DNA of 64,000 nt from the human T2T-CHM13v2.0 reference genome, Homo sapiens. The notes under the pieces are model-generated. The model was not told the DNA's origin and searched no databases. It saw only the letters and a program-made list of their open reading frames with translations. A program made the translations under genes and the position numbers. Positions within the stretch are counted from its first letter, which is position 1. Each line of letters starts with the position of its first letter. Positions 55,077 through 64,000 of this stretch are shown one piece after another. The stretch lies in the NCBI RefSeq assembly GCF_009914755.1, contig NC_060940.1; one strand, given 5' to 3'.

Positions 55077-55722
55077 GCCCGCCTCACTCGCCATCTACTG
55101 TTCCCAACCTAAGTGCCCACCTCACTCGCCATCTACTGTTCCCAACCTAAGTGCCCACCTCACTCGCCATCTCATGTTCCCAACCTAAGTGCCCACCTCA
55201 CTCGCCATCTACTGTTCCCAACCTAAGTGCCCACCTCACTCGCCATCTCATGTTCCCAACCTAAGTGCCCACCTCACTCGCCATCTACTGTTCCCAACCT
55301 AAGTGCCCACCTCACTCGCCATCTCATGTTCCCAACCTAAGTGCCCACCTCACTCGCCATCTCATGTTCCCAACCTAAATGCCCACCTCACTCGCCATCT
55401 CATGTTCCCAACCTAAGTGCCCACCTCACTCGCCATCTCATGTTCCCAACCTAAGTGCCCACCTCACTCGCCATCTCATGTTCCCAACCTAAGTGCCCAC
55501 CTCACTCGCCATCTCATGTTCCCAACCTAAGTGCCCACCTCACTCGCCATCTACTGTTCCCAACCTAAGTGCCCACCTCACTCGCCATCTCATGTTCCCA
55601 ACCTAAGTGCCCACCTCACTCGCCATCTACTGTTCCCAACCTAAGTGCCCACCTCACTCGCCATCTCATGTTCCCAACCTAAGTGCCCACCTCACTCGCC
55701 ATCTCATGTTCCCAACCTAAGT
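55077..55722. repeat. Minisatellite/VNTR, 17 x 38 bp, in CFAP20 intron 1
   Basis: Unit GCCCACCTCACTCGCCATCT[ACTG|CATG]TTCCCAACCTAAGT. 646 bp = 17.0 units, nearly identical. Confidence 0.97.
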
Positions 55723-57388
55723 GGCGATATTCCTCCTGTATTTTCTGTGGAAAACCAAGCAGATTCAGTGAAGAAGGAATTAATGAAGAAATCATTTCCA
55801 ACTAATGCGAGCAGCCCTACTGATAAGAGCTGGCAGTATTCCAACAAGATGCAAACACTACTTTTATAACACACCACTAATTATTCTCAATAACATAACC
55901 ATTCTTTAAAACGGGACAAACTGCAAAGAGCAAATAGACAGTTAAATTGACAGGATTAAGAAGTAACTTGGGCCTGAAAACTGCTATTGCTAAAAAGCAA
56001 CATGTTGCTATTGATCCACCCTTATTTAAAGCATGCCCTCAAATTTCACATCCCTCAAGCTCTCTCTGGCCAGTGTCAACAAGAGGCCTCCCTCAGTTCC
56101 AGAAAGACCAGCCAGATCTCACAGGGAGAAAATGTTAGGGAATCTGCCTTCTGCCCATCTCAAAGTTTACGACTTCCCTGGAACTCCAGCAGATATGACC
56201 TATTCAGGTCTTCACAGAAGAAAACAAAGCCGTACAATGCACACAGAAGCCAATGCAGGCTGGAAGCTGGATAGACTGTAGTATTCCTGCACTTCTGCCC
56301 AGAGGCAAGCTAACTTTTAGTTGGATTTTCAATAAATTACTAAAGAGATTTCTTTTTCTCCCAGTGTTACTAGATAACAAACACACTCACAAATTTAAGT
56401 TTTACAAAATGAATGAATGTATTCCACAAAACAAGGGAACTTGGAGGGGTCAAGGCAACTTTGTTGAAGGAATGCCCATCAGTCTCTCTAGATTTTGAAC
56501 CTGGCTGGTGGTAAGACAAACTAAACAGAGCTTTTCCCCAAGAGACTGTTTAACCCCCGATGAAGAAAAACACAAGTATCCCCATGTGAAAAGTCTCCAG
56601 AGGTTTGAAATCAAATTAAGTGGATTTGTTAGTGAATTGTGATTTTTCTCCTTTATTAAGTTTAAAGGGCTGCAAATACAAACTCACTGGAAAAGAGTAG
56701 CGTGGAGGTGGTAAGGGCGATCAATCAGATATGTGCATTAGAGGGTAATTTCCCAAAGCCTCTTCTCTAGGCTCTAAAACTAGGATCAAAGGGGAGAGGC
56801 GACAGGCAATTTGGGGCAAAGGCTCCCCACCACCCTGGCCATGTGGCTGTCATTGCCTAATATTATAAAGGTCTTCCAGGAAAGCAACCGTCTCCTAAAA
56901 CCAGCTTCTGAAAACAGCATACAGGAAGATACATGTCTCAGAAAGTATCAACGTCCTTTCCTTAGCTCCTTCCAGTTCAGAGGTCACTGGGCAGGCGTGG
57001 CTTTGGGATGAAGATAAAATGAACTGCTCAGCATTTATTGCTCATGGCGGAAGCAGGTTTTAACATGTTCTGTCCTTCTCTAGATCACAAAGAGCCGACT
57101 GTTTTTGATTTGTTAATTCTTTTTCATTCATGACACATTCCCACTATCAAAGTGTGGCCTATGAGTGCTTTATTCCTCAAAAAAAATAAAATAAAAATAA
57201 AAATCTAAAGCCAATATTGTTTTATTTCATTAATTTCCCCTCCCCTGCCCATGAGCTGGAGATACTCAAAGAGCTTCAGAATCCAGTTACTGGCAATTAC
57301 AGATCATAATGGTTCTCTGCCTCTGCAGACAACAGAGGTGACCAAAGCTTCAGGCCAGTCTTACAATCACTCTCCCAGGCTTTCCATG

Positions 57389-57402
57389 GTTGCTAGGGCA
57401 AC
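57389..57402. promoter_or_regulatory. Candidate RFX X-box (GTTGCTAGGGCAAC) in CFAP20 intron 1
   Basis: Near-palindromic match to the X-box consensus GTTGCC-AT-GGCAAC inside non-repetitive intron sequence of a ciliary gene. Function is not shown. Confidence 0.45.
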
Positions 57403-57931
57403 TAATAAAGAACACCGATTTCTCTCCCTCCCCGCAATGTAAGCCTCAGGGAGGTGGGTCAAGCTGAGGGAAAAAAAAAATACTACTACTGGGATAGGGA
57501 GGGAGCTGGTGGATGCTGTATATTTCTATGACTGCTTTAAAAATAACATGAGTTGTATCCATTCCCTCCCCCAACTTTCATTTTTCTGGCCCCACCCACT
57601 CAGCCTGGCAGGCAGCTGAACCCTCAGCCATCTGGCATCCTAGCTTTAATGACACATGCTCTAATTTACATTAAACCATTAGAGCTGTCCATTTCAGCAG
57701 GAAAGTTCCTGCACTGGGTTAAGGGCTGGGTTCCCAGACAGAAATTAGGCAGAGGGAGACCCCTGTGGGGAGAACTGAGCATAGCTCCGACTCAGACTCC
57801 CAGGCTCCAAGGGTCAAAGGCTTCACTCCCTTCGCTGTACTTGACAGGGGCTATCCAGACAGCAGACAAGCAACTCTGGGCATACACCAACAACCCCTAA
57901 GTCAGCGTAAGGACAATTATGTGCACAGCTA

Positions 57932-59387
<1,456 letters not shown>

Positions 59388-60036
59388 TTAATAAATATAA
59401 GATTTGCTGGTCCCAGATGTCAAGGTAACATTAAAGAAACCCCTAATTTCTTCTAAGCTGTTGGTTTAGAAACTTACAAAAGCTTCTATCAGGAAACTGT
59501 ATAGCCAGGAATACAGACCTTAAGAAGCTAATAATGTCAAGTGTGATAAGAAAGAAGTAAATTAACTTACCCTGAAGAGTTAAGGAAGGTCACTCTGAGA
59601 AAGGCCTTTGACTTGTGACTGGAGCCTAATGAAAAGATGGGAGTGAGGCTTGTGGGGTGGTGAGGGGCAGCGCCCAGCAGAAGGACCAGGAAGTGCAAAA
59701 GCTTGAAGGTGAGAGAACAGGACTTCCTTCAATTCAGTAGGAGGCTACTACTAAGAGGGGGAACCGGGTGAAGTGAGTCCCGCCTGGAGAACAAGTGAAG
59801 CAGGTGCCAGAGCATGGGTTATGTGGCCTTAGAGCCACATTAAGGGCTTAGGGCTGGGCGAGCCACGGTGCAACAACTAAATTCTTCTCATTTCAGGAGT
59901 CTGGTTTTACAGTACTTCCTATTCCTAGAAATCTGGATGGTGGGCTAAGTTCAAACATCTTATTTTAGTTTTGAGCAAATTCCTCAGTCCCTGCCATATT
60001 TAATTCTGTATGTCATTACTTATAAAGTACTAACTA

Positions 60037-61638
<1,602 letters not shown>

Positions 61639-64000
61639 CATATACTGTAACTCTGTTGCTAAGGACTTTATATACAGCTTCATTGAATCTTCATAACCGT
61701 GAGAAATAGACGAGAAAACTGAATGGTTAAGGACATAGCTAAGATCACACAACTGGAACACAGCACAGCCAGGATGCAAATCCAAGGTGTCTGACCACGC
61801 CCTAGCATTGAGGTTTTTCGGTAAGGTACTGTTCTTCTGCTTAAGGAACCTGCAGTCCAGTGGACGATCTACAATAGAAAACTGCCAGCCACAGGCACAC
61901 CCATGAGGCTTAACTCAAGTTCTCAATGAAAAGAATGTTTAAGTTGAGATTGGAAGGATGAGATGGAGGGGAGGGGCTGTGAGCTTCAGAGAGTCAAATA
62001 AATTGCCGGTGTGACAAACACTAACGAACAAGCCATCTTCACAAAAGGGAAGCTTGCAAATTCACTGGTACTGTGAATACAGCGTTCACTTCTATGCAGA
62101 CAGAGCCTAAACAAAAGTCAAACCAAATTTCTCAAGATTCTTCATAGAAACCGAACAGAAATTCTCTCTATATATACTCATGAAAGAAAACAACAAAGTT
62201 TTCTGAAATAAAAATAACTATAAATAGGTACCACAGTCAATATATACCTACTGGCAAAAGTCAAGGTCATGTCTAGCTAAATGTAGACAGTCCTCACCTC
62301 CCCACAAACTCTGTCCTTATTACAACTTTGCCTTAGTCCCTGGCAGCAGGAAAAATATTTTCTCTATCTTCCCAAGTCTACACAAAGCCTGTCACTAAGC
62401 TGTCGCTCAATAAATCTTTGATAAGTACATCAATTCCCAGTGTTCCCCCTACTGGATTGAATTTCCAGCACTTTATGCAGACATAGCTGAGAAAAAGCAC
62501 ACACGACAAAGCTGAGGGATACGGCCCCAAACTTTCCTTTTTCTTCTCTTTCCTTCCCTTGCCCCAAGAGGGGAAAAATCCTCAATTCTAAATATTTTTC
62601 AATTGAGTCTAAATAAGAAGAGTTAGAAACACAAAATTAGCTTTTACCGTTGTGAAGATTTTGCTTGAAATGAGTGTTCTAAAGGTTTTGCCAAAATGTC
62701 TGTTTAATTTACTCCAAGTAACCATGCCAATCGATTTAACAATGTTTTCACACGTGTTTATGTCATTAGGGTACCATCCGACCTCTAGTGGCGTTGTTAA
62801 GGGACACAGTGCACCATGGTTACTATGCTTTTATATTCTTGGGTAAACATGTTGACTATTCAAAAAGCCTCATTTGAAAAATAAAACACAGCACACAAGA
62901 TCAAGCCCAGAAGGGTTAAAATGGAAAACTGATACAAGTTTCGTAACAGAAATTCTGAGGCCTCCCTACTACTGGAATTCTTTCAGCTTTAGTAAGTTCT
63001 CTATCTGCTCTGAAAACCTCTCCTCCTAGGTCAAGTCCCATTCTCGATTTCAATTGCCTTATACTGACACTTTGTTACAATTCAGTTTCCAAATTCCACT
63101 GGCACAGAGGGCCCCCCTCTCTTCATGCCTTCTGACAGCCCATAACTGAGTCAAGTGACAGCTGGGAAGCCAACCTCCTTACGGAGTTCCCAGGCACCCT
63201 GGGCTCTCTTTGTACAGATGCAATTTACAGTTTACAATGCTTTATTCCATTGTGAAAAAATACATGAAACTAAAAACCTCAGTAACGCAGCAACGTTAAG
63301 GAACTGCTTTCCTGTACTCTGGCACTAGCTCTAGCTTGTGGATAGAATCATCTGAAAGAGAAGAGATGGGCAGATTTTACATACACAAAGGCCCAACTTC
63401 ATTATATTCAGATTTTTCAACTATCTTATGAAAGTAACACTATGGACACACCATCCTAAAAGCTGCCCTCAGAACGCAGAGTTCCCTAGTGGTGACAGGC
63501 AGAAAGCTGCTCATGTTCTCTCCCAACTTTATGTGGCCCTCATAAAGAGCTCTCATGTGTGGATAAGGGAATACAGAGACGTGTTCCAAGATAAAATTCA
63601 AAATTCTTGGCTTCATTACCAATAAATCCTACTGAGATTATTCCACATGCATCTCTCTAAAAAGCAGCATTCGGCATACCCACACTCGCCATTCTCCCAG
63701 AGAGCAGTACTAAGAATATGACTTAAATTTCACATTGGAGTGCCTCCCGTAACTTATATTCAAGAAATAGTACAGCTGATTGCCTGGGAATTTGCATGAA
63801 GAACGAAATACCAAAGTAATAAAATGCAGACCAATTCATAGACAGCTAGATCTTTCTTCACATCTGCAAAAAACAGATTCATCATCTCGTGGGGCCAAAC
63901 ACATATCATCTAGTGGATGCCTGAATAAAGATGAGGCCTGTACTTGGCTCTGAGTTTATTAATCCAAACAAGACTTTGACTGTCAGCATTCTGCAGTTTT

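Noticed and set aside
55077-55722. CRISPR-like array or repeat-encoded protein
   Set aside because: Units abut directly with no unique spacers, the context is eukaryotic, and the 38-nt period puts stops in all + frames.

Overview
Human (or very closely related primate) genomic DNA, very Alu-dense, and consistent with chr16q21 next to CFAP20. The only protein-coding gene is CFAP20 (C16orf80/GTL3/BUG22) on the minus strand. Exons 2-6, the 3' UTR and the poly(A) signal lie at 48.9-52.3 kb. Intron 1 runs off the right edge, so exon 1 is outside the window. The left 48 kb is intergenic. It holds a disrupted TIPIN processed pseudogene invaded by Alus, with an adjacent Alu split by a 5'-truncated L1PA element. 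It also holds a Y3 RNA retropseudogene, a complete LTR-int-LTR MLT1C MaLR element with a perfect 5-bp TSD, THE1/MST/LTR8 solo LTRs, Tigger relics, a ~950-bp CA-rich tract and an old ~262-bp local duplication. Nearly all ORFs in the supplied track are Alu- or low-complexity artefacts. I see no clearly new multi-gene system. The best leads are three. (i) A 17 x 38-bp VNTR in CFAP20 intron 1, whose two unit variants differ inside a CTCF-like core. (ii) Inverted Alus flanking CFAP20 exons 2-5, which would circularise into a 492-nt stop-free in-frame circle. (iii) Intronic RFX X-box-like motifs in this ciliary gene. Repeat subfamily names and parent-gene comparisons come from recalled consensus sequences, not from a database search.
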